DNA from: Candidatus Nomurabacteria bacterium GW2011_GWD2_36_14
GTDB taxonomy: Bacteria > Patescibacteriota > Minisyncoccia > Phycocordibacterales > UBA9973
Assembly: GCA_000991405.1 (NCBI GenBank)
Contig: LBRL01000001.1
Coordinates: 145,547-209,546, forward strand
Reading direction: 5' to 3'
DNA: 64,000 nt
The notes beneath the pieces are model-generated. The model searched no databases, had not been told where the DNA came from, and saw only the letters and a list, made by a program, of their open reading frames with translations. The translations under genes and the position numbers were made by a program. Shown here in pieces: positions 11,439-21,502 of this stretch; position 1 is the stretch's first letter; every line of letters starts with the position of its first letter.

Positions 11439-12409
11439 TAATCTTCTTCCTCTTCCCCTATTACTCCAGCTGAAAGTGCCTCAATAATTTTAGTTATATT
11501 TCCTTCCATGATTCCGGGGATATTGGACCAAGATTGCTTTATACGGTGGTCGGTGACGCGATCTTGAGGAAAGTTGTATGTGCGGATCTTCTCACTTCTG
11601 TCATTTGTACCTATTTGAGCTTTTCTATCCCCTGAATATTTTTTAGCATCTTCCTCATCTTTAATCATTTGAAGCTTAGAAGTAAGCATCATCATAGCCT
11701 TTTCTCTGTTGCCAAGTTGGGTTCTCTCGGTTGTACAACGTACGTCTTCACCTGTTGGCTTATGTATCAGGCGAACAGCTGTCTCTACTTTGTTCACATT
11801 TTGCCCTCCTGCTCCACCAGAGCGTGAATACTCTATCTCTATATCGGCTGGGTTTATGATTATTGTTATCTTCTTTTTCAAAGGAAGCACAGCCACAGAT
11901 GCAGTAGAAGTATGTATTCTGCCATTCTTCTCTGTGGCGGGGATACGTTGAACTCTATGAACTCCAGTCTCATAGCGTAGAAGTTTGTATACATCTTTAC
12001 CTTTTACTTCTATAGAAGCTTCTTTGTAGCCCCCAGCACTACTTAAGGATTCATTGAGGATTTTCCAGTTCCAATTTTTCTCTTCAGAGAATCTTTCGTA
12101 CATATGTGCCAGCTCCCATGCAAAAAGTGAAGCTTCATCCCCTCCTGCTCCAGCTCTAACTTCTAGAATAATTTCATTGGGGAATTCTTCTTCCTCTTTT
12201 TCACTTTTCATTATTTCTTCTAGTTGTCTTTCTATTGCCTCCTTTTGAAATTTAATATTCTGGATTTCTTCTTCTGCTAAGTCGCGTAGACTTTCATCAG
12301 CTCTCACCATTTCATTTACTTTCTCTTCCTCACTCAAAAGGCGCTCATATTCTAGAGCGAAGTAACTAGTCTTGTGATCTTTCTTAAGTTGTTCTAAGTC
12401 TAATTGCAT
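11438..12409 (-). CDS. prfA: Peptide chain release factor 1
   Basis: GGQ motif ([11 protein letters not shown]), PAT recognition tripeptide, [14 protein letters not shown]. Start moved to ATG 12409. Confidence 0.95.
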   Translation of the reverse strand: MQLDLEQLKKDHKTSYFALEYERLLSEEEKVNEMVRADESLRDLAEEEIQNIKFQKEAIERQLEEIMKSEKEEEEFPNEIILEVRAGAGGDEASLFAWELAHMYERFSEEKNWNWKILNESLSSAGGYKEASIEVKGKDVYKLLRYETGVHRVQRIPATEKNGRIHTSTASVAVLPLKKKITIIINPADIEIEYSRSGGAGGQNVNKVETAVRLIHKPTGEDVRCTTERTQLGNREKAMMMLTSKLQMIKDEEDAKKYSGDRKAQIGTNDRSEKIRTYNFPQDRVTDHRIKQSWSNIPGIMEGNITKIIEALSAGVIGEEEED

Positions 12410-12425
12410 GAAAATATTATAGCAC

Positions 12426-12517
12426 ACCACCTCGCCCTTCGGGCACTCCTCCTCCTCCGAAAGGAGGAGAGGAATTCAAAGCCCCCTCCTTGTGGAGGAG
12501 GGGGTTGGGGGTGGTGG
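12426..12517. repeat. Tandem GC-rich REP-like hairpins
   Basis: ACCACCTCGCCCTTCGGGCACTCCTCCTCCTCCGAAAGGAGGAGAGG then GCCCCCTCCTTGTGGAGGAGGGGGTTGGGGGTGG; first part is an inverted relative of 4172..4212. Confidence 0.7.
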
Positions 12518-12745
12518 TTACTTTTTTGTTTTTGTTGCCTTTGCACCTGCAGCTGCACGCTTCTTGAAGCGGTCTACACGTCCTGCTGTGTCGAGAACCT
12601 TTTCGTTGCCAGTATAGAAAGGGTGGCATTGACTGCATATTTCAACACTGATTTCGTCCATTGTAGAACCTACAGGAAAAGTTGCCCCGCATGCGCAAGT
12701 TACGACTGAAGCACTGTTATATTTTGGGTGTGTATTCTTTTTCAT
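12518..12745 (-). CDS. rpmE: 50S ribosomal protein L31
   Basis: [32 protein letters not shown]. Confidence 0.98.
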   Translation of the reverse strand: MKKNTHPKYNSASVVTCACGATFPVGSTMDEISVEICSQCHPFYTGNEKVLDTAGRVDRFKKRAAAGAKATKTKK

Positions 12746-12772
12746 ATGTTTTGTGATATTATCATGATTTTG

Positions 12773-14149
12773 TTAGTTTTGCAATGGGTCGATCATAGTT
12801 TTCTGGATATTGGCGGCTTTCTTCATAACGCTGTCTCCATAGAAGCTATTGTTGGGCTTTTTGGTATCACATTTACGTCCTGAATAGTATCTACAAGCAG
12901 CATTTCTCTCACTGGTATAACTTTCCCCTTTTGCCCCTAAGTCTGTCAAATATATAGCCGAGGCTATGAATGCGTCCTTTGCATACCAAGGATCTGGGGT
13001 CTTTATCCCTAGCAAGTCTGCAATACGATTCTTCAACAGTACCCAAGTAGAAGGTATGAATTGTGCTGGCCCCATAGCTCCACCATATCCTGATCCACCA
13101 ATTGGACAAGATACAAGAGTTTTATAAGGGTCGCGTCCAACAGATGTAGTTATATCGAAAAATGGTTTTACATCTCGTGTGGGCTTCATAACATTAGCAA
13201 AAACTTTTCCACTTTTGGAGCTCACCCCTTGTCCTGTATCCATATTGGTAACATAGCAAGATCCTTGGTCAGTACCTAGGTTACTTTCCTGAGTCAGTAT
13301 GGCTAGCAAGAAGGCTGGGCGGATTCCTACTTTCTCTTCAGCAACTTTTGCATACTCTAAAGCTTTTCCAAAAGGAATTGCAGAAGCATCACGAAGATTA
13401 AAAAGTACAGCTAGGATTTCCGATCGTCGTCTAGCCTTATCGTCAAGCAATTTCTGATATTCCTTCTCTTTGTTTTTACTTATAGACAGAAGCTGTTGTT
13501 TATCCTTCTCACTTAGTTCAACTTGCTTCTTTGCATTTTCTAATTGAATTTTTGTATCGACTTCTTGATTCTTTTTTTGCTCGAGGATACTTTTCTCTAT
13601 TTCTGTTTCAGACTTTACGCCCCTTATCTCATCAACTGACTTACTAATACTTTTCTTCAGAGAAGAGAATGTATCAATGTCGCCATATGCTTCAGAAATA
13701 GTACTCTTTGATAGGACCAATGCTAGTACCGACTTATTGTCTATTTCTCTGTCTTTACGAATGAGCTGAGCAAGGGATTCCTTTATGTTATCGATTCTTG
13801 TATTTAAAATATTGATGGTTTTACTTTTCTCTACTATTTCTCCTCCCAACTTTTTGATAACCAAGCCCTTAGCTTGGATGTCGAGCTTCGACTTCTTGAT
13901 CTGAGTCGTAAGTATGGCTATGTCTCGTGAAAGTGAAGTAGACTGACCTTTCTGAGAAGAAAGCTCCTTCTGCTTAGCGGCTATTTCGTTCTCTAGATTG
14001 GCAAGCTCCTTCTCTAATCTGGCTCTATCTGCTTGAGCATTTTCAAGCTCTACGCCTGCATATGCGGGCGTCACTTGGTAAACGAAGTTACCAAAGGTTA
14101 AGCTAAATATAAAAATTAAAGAAAAAAAGTATAGAATGTATCGATTCAT
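12773..14149 (-). CDS. Coiled-coil lytic murein transglycosylase-like protein
   Basis: Signal peptide, long coiled coil, then AILTQES, GGAMGPAQFIPSTW, PDPW...DA. Confidence 0.8.
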   Translation of the reverse strand: MNRYILYFFSLIFIFSLTFGNFVYQVTPAYAGVELENAQADRARLEKELANLENEIAAKQKELSSQKGQSTSLSRDIAILTTQIKKSKLDIQAKGLVIKKLGGEIVEKSKTINILNTRIDNIKESLAQLIRKDREIDNKSVLALVLSKSTISEAYGDIDTFSSLKKSISKSVDEIRGVKSETEIEKSILEQKKNQEVDTKIQLENAKKQVELSEKDKQQLLSISKNKEKEYQKLLDDKARRRSEILAVLFNLRDASAIPFGKALEYAKVAEEKVGIRPAFLLAILTQESNLGTDQGSCYVTNMDTGQGVSSKSGKVFANVMKPTRDVKPFFDITTSVGRDPYKTLVSCPIGGSGYGGAMGPAQFIPSTWVLLKNRIADLLGIKTPDPWYAKDAFIASAIYLTDLGAKGESYTSERNAACRYYSGRKCDTKKPNNSFYGDSVMKKAANIQKTMIDPLQN

Positions 14150-14163
14150 GTCTTCATTATAGC

Positions 14164-14201
14164 ATAAAACACTCTCTAACCGAAGTTGGAGAGTGTTTTA
14201 T
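14164..14201. terminator. Terminator-like hairpin after rplY
   Basis: ATAAAACACTCTC...GGAGAGTGTTTTAT. Confidence 0.7.
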
Positions 14202-14214
14202 CTTAAGGTTTATA

Positions 14215-14901
14215 TTATTTTGCAGATTCTTCGGGTGCTGATTCCTCTTCTTTCTTGCCCTTCTTCTCTACTTCTATCGCAGATAGATCAACAACTACTT
14301 CCTCTTCCTTTTCTTCTTTAGCTGCTGCTACTAGAGCTACAACTTCACTAGCTTCTGTTATAAGGATTACTCCCTTTGGAAGTTTAATGTCTTTTGCGTG
14401 GATGAAGTCTTCGAGAGTTGAAATAAATGAGACATCTACTTCTATATCATGAGGAAGATCTTTAGGAAGAGCTTCTATTTCTATCTCATGTAAGACTTTT
14501 ACAAGAGTACCTAGTCCATCCTTTTCTGCCTTAGCGTGACCCACAAATCTAAGTGGAACTTTGACTTCAACAGCTTTATTCATATCAACAGCAAGGAAGT
14601 CTACGTGTATTGGAAATCCTTTTACAGGATCAACTTGCACTTCGTGGATAAGAACGTCAACCTTTGTTACTTTTCCTGCCTTTGCATCTGGCAAATCTTT
14701 TTCTGTTGCATCGACGATGTTAAGTACGATTGTACTTGTCTCACCTGCTACTTTTAAAACTTTTATAAAATCGGTACTCAAAACGGAAACTAGTTGGTTT
14801 TCCACTTGAGCGCCATAGACAACAGCTGGGACCATACCGTTAAATCGTATAGTTCTAAGCTTGTCCGCCTTACTTCGCTTTGTTGCGGTTAATGTATTCA
14901 T
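14215..14901 (-). CDS. rplY: 50S ribosomal protein L25/Ctc
   Basis: GMVPAVVYG, EVQVDPV..PIHVDF, VKVPL, EALPKDLP. Confidence 0.95.
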   Translation of the reverse strand: MNTLTATKRSKADKLRTIRFNGMVPAVVYGAQVENQLVSVLSTDFIKVLKVAGETSTIVLNIVDATEKDLPDAKAGKVTKVDVLIHEVQVDPVKGFPIHVDFLAVDMNKAVEVKVPLRFVGHAKAEKDGLGTLVKVLHEIEIEALPKDLPHDIEVDVSFISTLEDFIHAKDIKLPKGVILITEASEVVALVAAAKEEKEEEVVVDLSAIEVEKKGKKEEESAPEESAK

Positions 14902-15028
14902 GGGGGCAATATAACACTAAAACCTCAAATTTGCAAGTTTAAACATTTGACAGAAACACAATTTAACTGTATTCTCAAGAAAAATTGAAATTATGTTTTA
15001 AAATATAAACCCTTAAAAATAAACTGCC

Positions 15029-15415
15029 ATGGATGCAAATATCATTTTTGTATTATTAATGTTTTCTATTTTCATTGTTCCCTTTTTGATGATTATTAGA
15101 AAAAATAATTTTTTGAAAAGAAATTTAGAGAAAAAAGATCAGGAGATTATTTTTCTTAAAAAAGAGAACATGATTGTAAAAAAGAAAAACAATAAGTTTT
15201 TCTTTGAAAAAATAGATCGCAGTCGCGGTTTACGAAAGAGAAAAAAAGTGACTTTCCTTCTTAAAATGGAGCGAATTAACCACTCGCGAAATCAACGGAA
15301 GCACAAAAAACTCATCACCTCTCTTCAGGAAAAAATTAAAGATCTGGAAATTACAATTATAAATCATAAAGAAATTTCAGATCACTGGAGGGATAAATGC
15401 ACGCGACTTCACTAG
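15029..15415 (+). CDS. Hypothetical basic membrane-anchored protein
   Basis: 128-aa ORF with N-terminal TM helix and Lys/Arg-rich body. Confidence 0.55.
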   Translation: MDANIIFVLLMFSIFIVPFLMIIRKNNFLKRNLEKKDQEIIFLKKENMIVKKKNNKFFFEKIDRSRGLRKRKKVTFLLKMERINHSRNQRKHKKLITSLQEKIKDLEITIINHKEISDHWRDKCTRLH

Positions 15416-15502
15416 AGTTTTTTTAATTTAATTAATTTATGTAAAATAATAATACACTTCGCTCACAAAGCAGGTGTATTTTTATTTATATAAAGATAGT
15501 TA

Positions 15503-15655
15503 TTATTCCTTTCTTCTCCAGTTTATTTCAAAAGAAATAGAATATTTATTTGGGATTTTCCATTTTGAGAATCTAAAACAAAGAAACTGAAATTTATTTT
15601 CATTAATTTTTCCAAAACCAAACCTATTCAAAGTAAGCTCTATATCTATAACCAT
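15503..15655 (-). CDS. Putative small protein (50 aa)
   Basis: Manual translation MVIDIELTLNRFGFGKINENKFQFLCFRFSKWKIPNKYSISFEINWRRKE; starts 8 nt after the upstream stop; absent from the ORF track (too short). Confidence 0.4.
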   Translation of the reverse strand: MVIDIELTLNRFGFGKINENKFQFLCFRFSKWKIPNKYSISFEINWRRKE

Positions 15656-15663
15656 ATATTATT

Positions 15664-16203
15664 TTATTTAAATATTTTAAAAGTTGGACTAATGCTAAAT
15701 AAAAAATAACGTCTATTATTTATATTTAAATAATGTGGATTTGATTTTATTGCTTTTTCTTTAATAAATTTAGTTACTTGTAATTCAACAGTATTAAATA
15801 ATGTATCGCGATAAGTATATTTTACAGAGTTTTCTTTTTCTGGAAATACAAGAATTACTTTTAATTTATTTGTTTTTATATCTAGATACCACAAGACAAG
15901 ACCATATCCATTTTCGTATCTTAAATTATATACATAAACAATATTTTTATACTCAATTGTTTTTTTATGATTAATTAAAATACAATCTTCACTAACTTCA
16001 ATATATTTTAATTTTAAGATAGATTCAAATTCTGAGATAAATAGACAAGAAAAACAAATAAAAAGAAAAATAATAAAAATTAAGTTAAAATTACTATGCG
16101 ACACTATTGCAATAATTAAAAACAAAAAAAATGCTATAGAAAATGGCGTAATAATATAATAAGAATAAGTAAAATATTTTGAACTTTTATACAAAATAGG
16201 CAT
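15664..16203 (-). CDS. Hypothetical membrane protein
   Basis: Two N-terminal TM helices, very AT-rich, 6 nt downstream of fba. Confidence 0.6.
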   Translation of the reverse strand: MPILYKSSKYFTYSYYIITPFSIAFFLFLIIAIVSHSNFNLIFIIFLFICFSCLFISEFESILKLKYIEVSEDCILINHKKTIEYKNIVYVYNLRYENGYGLVLWYLDIKTNKLKVILVFPEKENSVKYTYRDTLFNTVELQVTKFIKEKAIKSNPHYLNINNRRYFLFSISPTFKIFK

Positions 16204-16209
16204 AATTTT

Positions 16210-17118
16210 CTATAAATTATTAAATAATTTTAGGCGATTATAAACTACTTTTTCCATTGCATCTACTCCACCTTTTAAGAATTTATATGGAGCGACTTCG
16301 TTTGGATTTTCTTTTAGGAATTTCTCTAAGGCTTCTTTATAAGCTACACGGATTTCGGTATTTATATGAATTATAGATATTCCTGCTTTTATTGCATTTG
16401 TGAAGTCAACATCTGCAATACCTGAGCCTCCGTGAAGAACTAGAGGTGCTCCACAAGCTTCACTTATCTCTTTTATTCTCTCTATGTCTAGTCTTGGATT
16501 GCCACCTTTTACCATTCCGTGAATATTACCAACAGAAGGGGCAAGTAGATTTATACCAGTTTGCTCTACGAAGTATTTTGCATCTTCAGGTTTTGTCATG
16601 GTCGCTTCACTTACACCTTCTGGAATTGCATCTAGAAGTTTAGAAGACTGACCTATGAATCCTAGCTCGGCTTCTATGAGGATATCTGATTCTGCAGAAT
16701 CATGTCGCGTAGTGTCCTTTGAAACGCGACTTCTTTTTTCGCTTAATTCTTTTGCATAATCCACACACTTTTTAGTAAGTTCTATATTCTCTTGTAGTGG
16801 CAATTTAACCGCATCTATAATTGCAGAGTCATATCCAGCATCCAGTGCTCTCTTTACAGATTCAAAACTATAATGGTGATCTGCATTTAAAAATATTGGA
16901 TAGTTATCTCTTTCTCGAATCATTTTTACCAATACAGCCACTTCATCTCTACCTATAAATTCTTCCTCGCCTTCAGATACACCTATAATAACTGGAACAT
17001 TTAATCTTTTCGCTGCATTGTATATACCATGCAAGGCTTCTATGTTTGAAATATTAAAGTGCCCAATTGCTACCCCCTTTTCTCCTGCTTCTTTTATATA
17101 TTCTCTTAAAGTTTTCAT
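16210..17118 (-). CDS. fba: Class II fructose-bisphosphate aldolase
   Basis: FLNADH, IEAELG, GNIHG, LVLHGGSG, HINTE. Start moved to ATG 17118. Confidence 0.93.
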   Translation of the reverse strand: MKTLREYIKEAGEKGVAIGHFNISNIEALHGIYNAAKRLNVPVIIGVSEGEEEFIGRDEVAVLVKMIRERDNYPIFLNADHHYSFESVKRALDAGYDSAIIDAVKLPLQENIELTKKCVDYAKELSEKRSRVSKDTTRHDSAESDILIEAELGFIGQSSKLLDAIPEGVSEATMTKPEDAKYFVEQTGINLLAPSVGNIHGMVKGGNPRLDIERIKEISEACGAPLVLHGGSGIADVDFTNAIKAGISIIHINTEIRVAYKEALEKFLKENPNEVAPYKFLKGGVDAMEKVVYNRLKLFNNL

Positions 17119-17156
17119 ATACAAAATTATACCACAATGTGTTATAATTACGGAAT

Positions 17157-18152
17157 ATGGATAAACAAATAGATTTTCTGGCCATAGGTGATATAGTCAC
17201 GGAGCCATTTATAAAGATTACAGACGCAGAAGCCAATTGTGATCTGCAAGGAGAACATTGCAAGATATGCTTTCGTTTCGGCGAGAAGATTCCCTATGAG
17301 TCTGCAGAAGTTTGCTGTGCTGTAGGCAACAGTCCCAACGTAGCAGTGGGTATAAGCAAGCTTGGCATCAAGTCCTCCCTAGTTTCTTATATTGGAGATG
17401 ATACCATAGGAAAGCAAAATCTTGAGTCCTTAATGAAAGACGGAGTGAATATAGACCACATGAAGATTGTTCCTGGGATGGAGTCCAACTATCACTTTGT
17501 CCTTTGGTACGAGACAGAGCGTACTATCTTGGTGAAGCATACGGAATTCCCTTATTTTTTTACAAATGATATACCAGAGGCTAGGTGGGTGTATCTTTCA
17601 TCTTTAGCTTCAAATTCCCTAGACTATCATAAAGAAATATCTGAATACTTGAAAAAATTTCCAGAGATAAAGCTAGCATTTCAGCCTGGTACTTTCCAAA
17701 TAAAGCTTGGCACAGAAGTTCTAAAAGAAATATATGAAAGGACAGAAATTCTCTTTTGTAACTTTAATGAAGCCAAGAGAATATTACAAACAGAGGAAGA
17801 TGATAAGATCAAGCTTATGGAAATGCTTCGAGCTCTTGGACCAAAGAATGTAGTGATGACAGATGGAGTAAGAGGTGCATACTTGGATGATGGAGCAAAT
17901 GTATGGTTCATGCCTGTCTATAGTACGACTGCTTCTGTAGAGTCCACTGGTGCCGGTGATGCTTTCGCTTCGGCTATGATATCAGCACTCATATTAGATA
18001 AGGATATCAAAGAAGCACTGACTTGGGGGCCCATAAATTCAATGTCCGTAGTGTCTTACGTTGGTCCACAAAAGGGACTCCTCTCAAGAGAAAAGTTGGA
18101 AGAATATTTAGCAAATGCGGGAGAAGATTATAAAGTAAGTCAAATTAAATAA
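17157..18152 (+). CDS. PfkB-family carbohydrate kinase
   Basis: GNSPNVAVG, NFNEA, ESTGAGDAF. Confidence 0.9.
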   Translation: MDKQIDFLAIGDIVTEPFIKITDAEANCDLQGEHCKICFRFGEKIPYESAEVCCAVGNSPNVAVGISKLGIKSSLVSYIGDDTIGKQNLESLMKDGVNIDHMKIVPGMESNYHFVLWYETERTILVKHTEFPYFFTNDIPEARWVYLSSLASNSLDYHKEISEYLKKFPEIKLAFQPGTFQIKLGTEVLKEIYERTEILFCNFNEAKRILQTEEDDKIKLMEMLRALGPKNVVMTDGVRGAYLDDGANVWFMPVYSTTASVESTGAGDAFASAMISALILDKDIKEALTWGPINSMSVVSYVGPQKGLLSREKLEEYLANAGEDYKVSQIK

Positions 18153-18153
18153 T

Positions 18154-18435
18154 ATGGAAGAATTTAAATTTATACCCAATGTGAATCTAGAAGAAAAAGA
18201 AGTTTTAAAAAAAGAATTAGAAATTCTTACTAAAAAATTAGAGTTATTAAAAGATTTCTTAAATGGAGTAAGAGATAATTATAATGAGTATGAGGCTAAC
18301 TTTCCTGATGACAAAAAATTTTTGGAGGACTCAAAAGCTTTTGGATTAAAAGTTACAAAAGAAATAGAAAGAATTAATATTGAAATTGTAAAAAAGGTAG
18401 CGAGTGTTTCTACTAATTACGGTGGGGCTAATTAG
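18154..18435 (+). CDS. Hypothetical protein
   Basis: 93-aa helical ORF starting 1 nt after the pfkB-family stop. Confidence 0.55.
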   Translation: MEEFKFIPNVNLEEKEVLKKELEILTKKLELLKDFLNGVRDNYNEYEANFPDDKKFLEDSKAFGLKVTKEIERINIEIVKKVASVSTNYGGAN

Positions 18436-19420
18436 ATAATATCTTTCTTACAGCTCTAAATATGGCCTCTTGGTCTATTTCGTAATATTTTGCGAGTTCT
18501 TCAGGATTACCTGATTGACCGAATTTATCTTTTACCCCTATAAACTCTATTCTCGTAGGGTAATTTTGTGAGAGGCATTCAGCAACAGCTCCCCCCATAC
18601 CCCCAGAGATTTGGTGGTCTTCCACTGTTACTATCTTTTTGGTTTCTTTTGCTAAGGCTATAATAGCATCACTGTCTAAAGGTTTAATAGTGGATAGATT
18701 CATAACTTTTACCTTTATTCCTTCACTCTCTAAATTCTTAGCTACTATTAGTGCGTTGTACACTGAAGGTCCTGTAGCGATTATTCCCAATGAAGCGAGT
18801 CCATTTTCCGGCTGGAAGATTATTTGTGCTTTACCTATTTCAAATGGAGTTTCTTCTGTCGTTATTATAGAAGTATCGTTCCGAGCACACCGCAAGTATG
18901 TAGGACTTTTTATTTTAGACATAGCTATAGTTGCCTTCTTAGCCTCTATGGCATCACAAGGAGAAATAACTACAATATTAGGAAGTACACGAGTCAGAGC
19001 TATATCTTCTAGGCATTGGTGACTTCCTCCATCGGGGCCCACAGAAAGACCTGCATGTGTACCGATAATTTTAACAGGTTCTCCGTTAAAACAAATTGTT
19101 GTACGTATTTGCTCCCAGTTACGTCCAGGACTATATATTGCATAAGAGGCAATAAAAGGAATTTTCCCCATAGAAGCCATTCCACTAGCGACAGATGCTA
19201 AGTTTTGTTCAGCAATTCCTAATTCTATAAATCTGTCAGGGAATTTGTCCGCAAATAGATTCATTTTAGTAGATTCTACTAAGTCAGCACAAAGTCCTAC
19301 TATATTTTCATTTTGTGTTCCAGCAATCAGTAATCCTTCGCCAAAGCCAAGGCGGGTGGATTTCTTTTCAACATCAACGTTCCAAACTTTTGTATTCAAT
19401 TTTAATTTTGGATTTAACAT
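18428..19420 (-). CDS. Transketolase C-terminal subunit
   Basis: GIAEQNL, GPDGGSHQ, TVEDH..GGMG. Confidence 0.95.
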   Translation of the reverse strand: MLNPKLKLNTKVWNVDVEKKSTRLGFGEGLLIAGTQNENIVGLCADLVESTKMNLFADKFPDRFIELGIAEQNLASVASGMASMGKIPFIASYAIYSPGRNWEQIRTTICFNGEPVKIIGTHAGLSVGPDGGSHQCLEDIALTRVLPNIVVISPCDAIEAKKATIAMSKIKSPTYLRCARNDTSIITTEETPFEIGKAQIIFQPENGLASLGIIATGPSVYNALIVAKNLESEGIKVKVMNLSTIKPLDSDAIIALAKETKKIVTVEDHQISGGMGGAVAECLSQNYPTRIEFIGVKDKFGQSGNPEELAKYYEIDQEAIFRAVRKILSN

Positions 19421-20253
19421 ATCTTTTCTAATTCTTTAATTGCCATGTCCCTCTCTTCTTTATTTGGTGCTATTCCATGCCATTTATAATTTCCTTCCCA
19501 TGCTTTCACTCCCTTACTTGGAATTGTCTTTGCAACTATTACATAAGGTCTTTCTTTGTTATTTTTAGCATTGTAAATTGCGTGATTGATTTGAATGAAA
19601 TCGTGTCCATTTATCTGCTCACCATTCCATCCAAACTCTTTAAATTTAGAAAGCATATCTCCCATAGGCATAACTATTTCAGTACTACCATCTATTTGAA
19701 TAAAGTTTCTATCTACTATCACAATTAAATTATTTAATTTTTCTTTACTTGCGAGCATTATTGCTTCCCAGTTCTGTCCCTCGTTTAATTCTCCATCACC
19801 AACAATACAATAAATCTTCCTATCTACTCCTTTCTCCATACGGGATGCAATAGCCATACCTACTGCTTGTGAGAGTCCTTCACCAAGTGGACCAGAAGAG
19901 GTCTCTATCATGGGTAAGAATTCTCTATGTGGATGTCCTTGTAGTCTACTACCAAATTTGCGGAGTGTATTAAGTTCTTCTACTGGGAAGTATCCTGCAT
20001 GAGCCATTGTGGCATAAAGTACTGGACAAATATGACCATTGGACAATACTAATCTGTCCCTATCTGGCCAGAATGGGTTCTCGGGCTGATGTCTCAAAGC
20101 TTCGAAATATAAATAAGTAAATATATCTGTCATACCAAGAGCGCCGGCTGTGTGTCCAGACCTTGCTTCACAAAGCATATTAATAATACTCTTACGGATA
20201 TTATTCGCTATTATTTGTAATTCTAAAATTTTATCTTCATTTAAATGTTCCAT
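19414..20253 (-). CDS. Transketolase N-terminal subunit
   Basis: SGH, DRLVLSNGH, LQGHP, GDGELNEG, WHG. Confidence 0.95.
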   Translation of the reverse strand: MEHLNEDKILELQIIANNIRKSIINMLCEARSGHTAGALGMTDIFTYLYFEALRHQPENPFWPDRDRLVLSNGHICPVLYATMAHAGYFPVEELNTLRKFGSRLQGHPHREFLPMIETSSGPLGEGLSQAVGMAIASRMEKGVDRKIYCIVGDGELNEGQNWEAIMLASKEKLNNLIVIVDRNFIQIDGSTEIVMPMGDMLSKFKEFGWNGEQINGHDFIQINHAIYNAKNNKERPYVIVAKTIPSKGVKAWEGNYKWHGIAPNKEERDMAIKELEKIC

Positions 20254-20283
20254 ATTTTATTTGTATTTACTAACCACTAGAAA

Positions 20284-20982
20284 CTAATTACTAGAACCTA
20301 ATTCACTTAATTCTTTGATTGTTTCTTTGACATCAAAACTTTTCATAAGTACACTCCCTGCTACAAGTCGGCTGGCTCCTGCTTCTACTAGTAGTGGAGC
20401 AGTTTCTTCATTCACACCCCCGTCTACACTTACAATCAAATCTGGATATTTTTCTTTTAAACTTTTAATCTGTTCTATGACTCTTTCATCAAATGCTTCA
20501 CCTTGGAATCCAACATGCTCTATCCCCATACATTGTACAAAATCTATTGAATTTATGTAAGGGAATAATTCTTCTATCTTAGTTGTAGTGTTTATAGCTA
20601 TGCCTATGTCGAGATTTTCTCTTGTGTAGGGATCTATGGAATCGATAAATTCTTTCAATTCATTCTTGTCTTCTGCTTCTAAGTGAAAGATTATTCGCTT
20701 TGCTCCAAGACGTACAAAGAAGTCGAATTGCTTGATAGCATCCTTAACCATCAGATCAAATTCGAAATCCAAATCTTCCCAATACGGCAATCCTTCTTCC
20801 TCTTCTAGTATAGGTGCGACACTTTGCGCATCATAAGGACTCATGGGCCAGCTTGTAGATTCTACAAATTTGCCATCGCAGATATCTATCTGGACTATAT
20901 TAGTTATGTTTACAACGTTGGCAATCTTTTGCCTTAGGTCATTTATATCTTTAGCTAATACTGCTGGTATAACTTCTATCAT
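20284..20982 (-). CDS. rpe: Ribulose-phosphate 3-epimerase
   Basis: QIDICDGKFV, GFQGEAF, SVDGGVN, LVAGS. Confidence 0.9.
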   Translation of the reverse strand: MIEVIPAVLAKDINDLRQKIANVVNITNIVQIDICDGKFVESTSWPMSPYDAQSVAPILEEEEGLPYWEDLDFEFDLMVKDAIKQFDFFVRLGAKRIIFHLEAEDKNELKEFIDSIDPYTRENLDIGIAINTTTKIEELFPYINSIDFVQCMGIEHVGFQGEAFDERVIEQIKSLKEKYPDLIVSVDGGVNEETAPLLVEAGASRLVAGSVLMKSFDVKETIKELSELGSSN

Positions 20983-21025
20983 TGTATTTAAAGGTTTTAC
21001 CGAAGCAAGGCTTCGGTGGATTTAA

Positions 21026-21481
21026 TTAATTATTAATTTCTTCATTCTTAATTTCTTCTAATCTTCGAACATGACGTTCATCATTTGTAAAAGGAGTATT
21101 TATAAATATTATAATAGCATTCTTCGCTTCATCTTCCGTTATAAATCTTGCCCCAAGAGACAGTATGTTGGCATTATTGTGTTCCCTGCCCAACTTCACT
21201 ATTTCTAGATTGCCTCCATAGAATTCTATGGCTCGGATGCCGTCTACTTTATTTGCAGATATTTGCTCCCCTTCTCCGCTTCCACCGAGAACGATACCAA
21301 GCGATTCACTATCTTGGGCGACAGCTTCTGCTACTGGAACTATAAAGTCAGGATAATCATCCTCATTATTTAAACTAAAAGCACCTTTGTCTATAATTTC
21401 TATATTAAGACTTTGGATATATGTTTTTAACTTTTCTTTAAGTTCGTATCCAGCGTGATCAGAGCCTATATAAATTTTCAT
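21026..21481 (-). CDS. rpiB: Ribose-5-phosphate isomerase B
   Basis: IGSDHAGYELK, DYPD, ANKVDGIRA, REHNNANILSLG, RHVRR. Start moved to ATG 21481. Confidence 0.93.
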   Translation of the reverse strand: MKIYIGSDHAGYELKEKLKTYIQSLNIEIIDKGAFSLNNEDDYPDFIVPVAEAVAQDSESLGIVLGGSGEGEQISANKVDGIRAIEFYGGNLEIVKLGREHNNANILSLGARFITEDEAKNAIIIFINTPFTNDERHVRRLEEIKNEEINN

Positions 21482-21487
21482 ATTTAT

Positions 21488-21495
21488 ATTATAAT
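21488..21495. promoter_or_regulatory. Symmetric -10 element (ATTATAAT) shared by rpiB and dapF
   Basis: TATAAT on both strands; 6 nt to rpiB ATG and 7 nt to dapF ATG. Confidence 0.6.
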
Positions 21496-21502
21496 ACATT
21501 TT

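Noticed and set aside
12404-12709. ORFs 12404..12709 (+) and 12417..12638 (-)
   Set aside because: They overlap rpmE and stay open only because they cross GC-rich palindromes.
18428-20253. Frameshifted transketolase
   Set aside because: Two-gene transketolases are an established form; both halves have proper starts and motifs.
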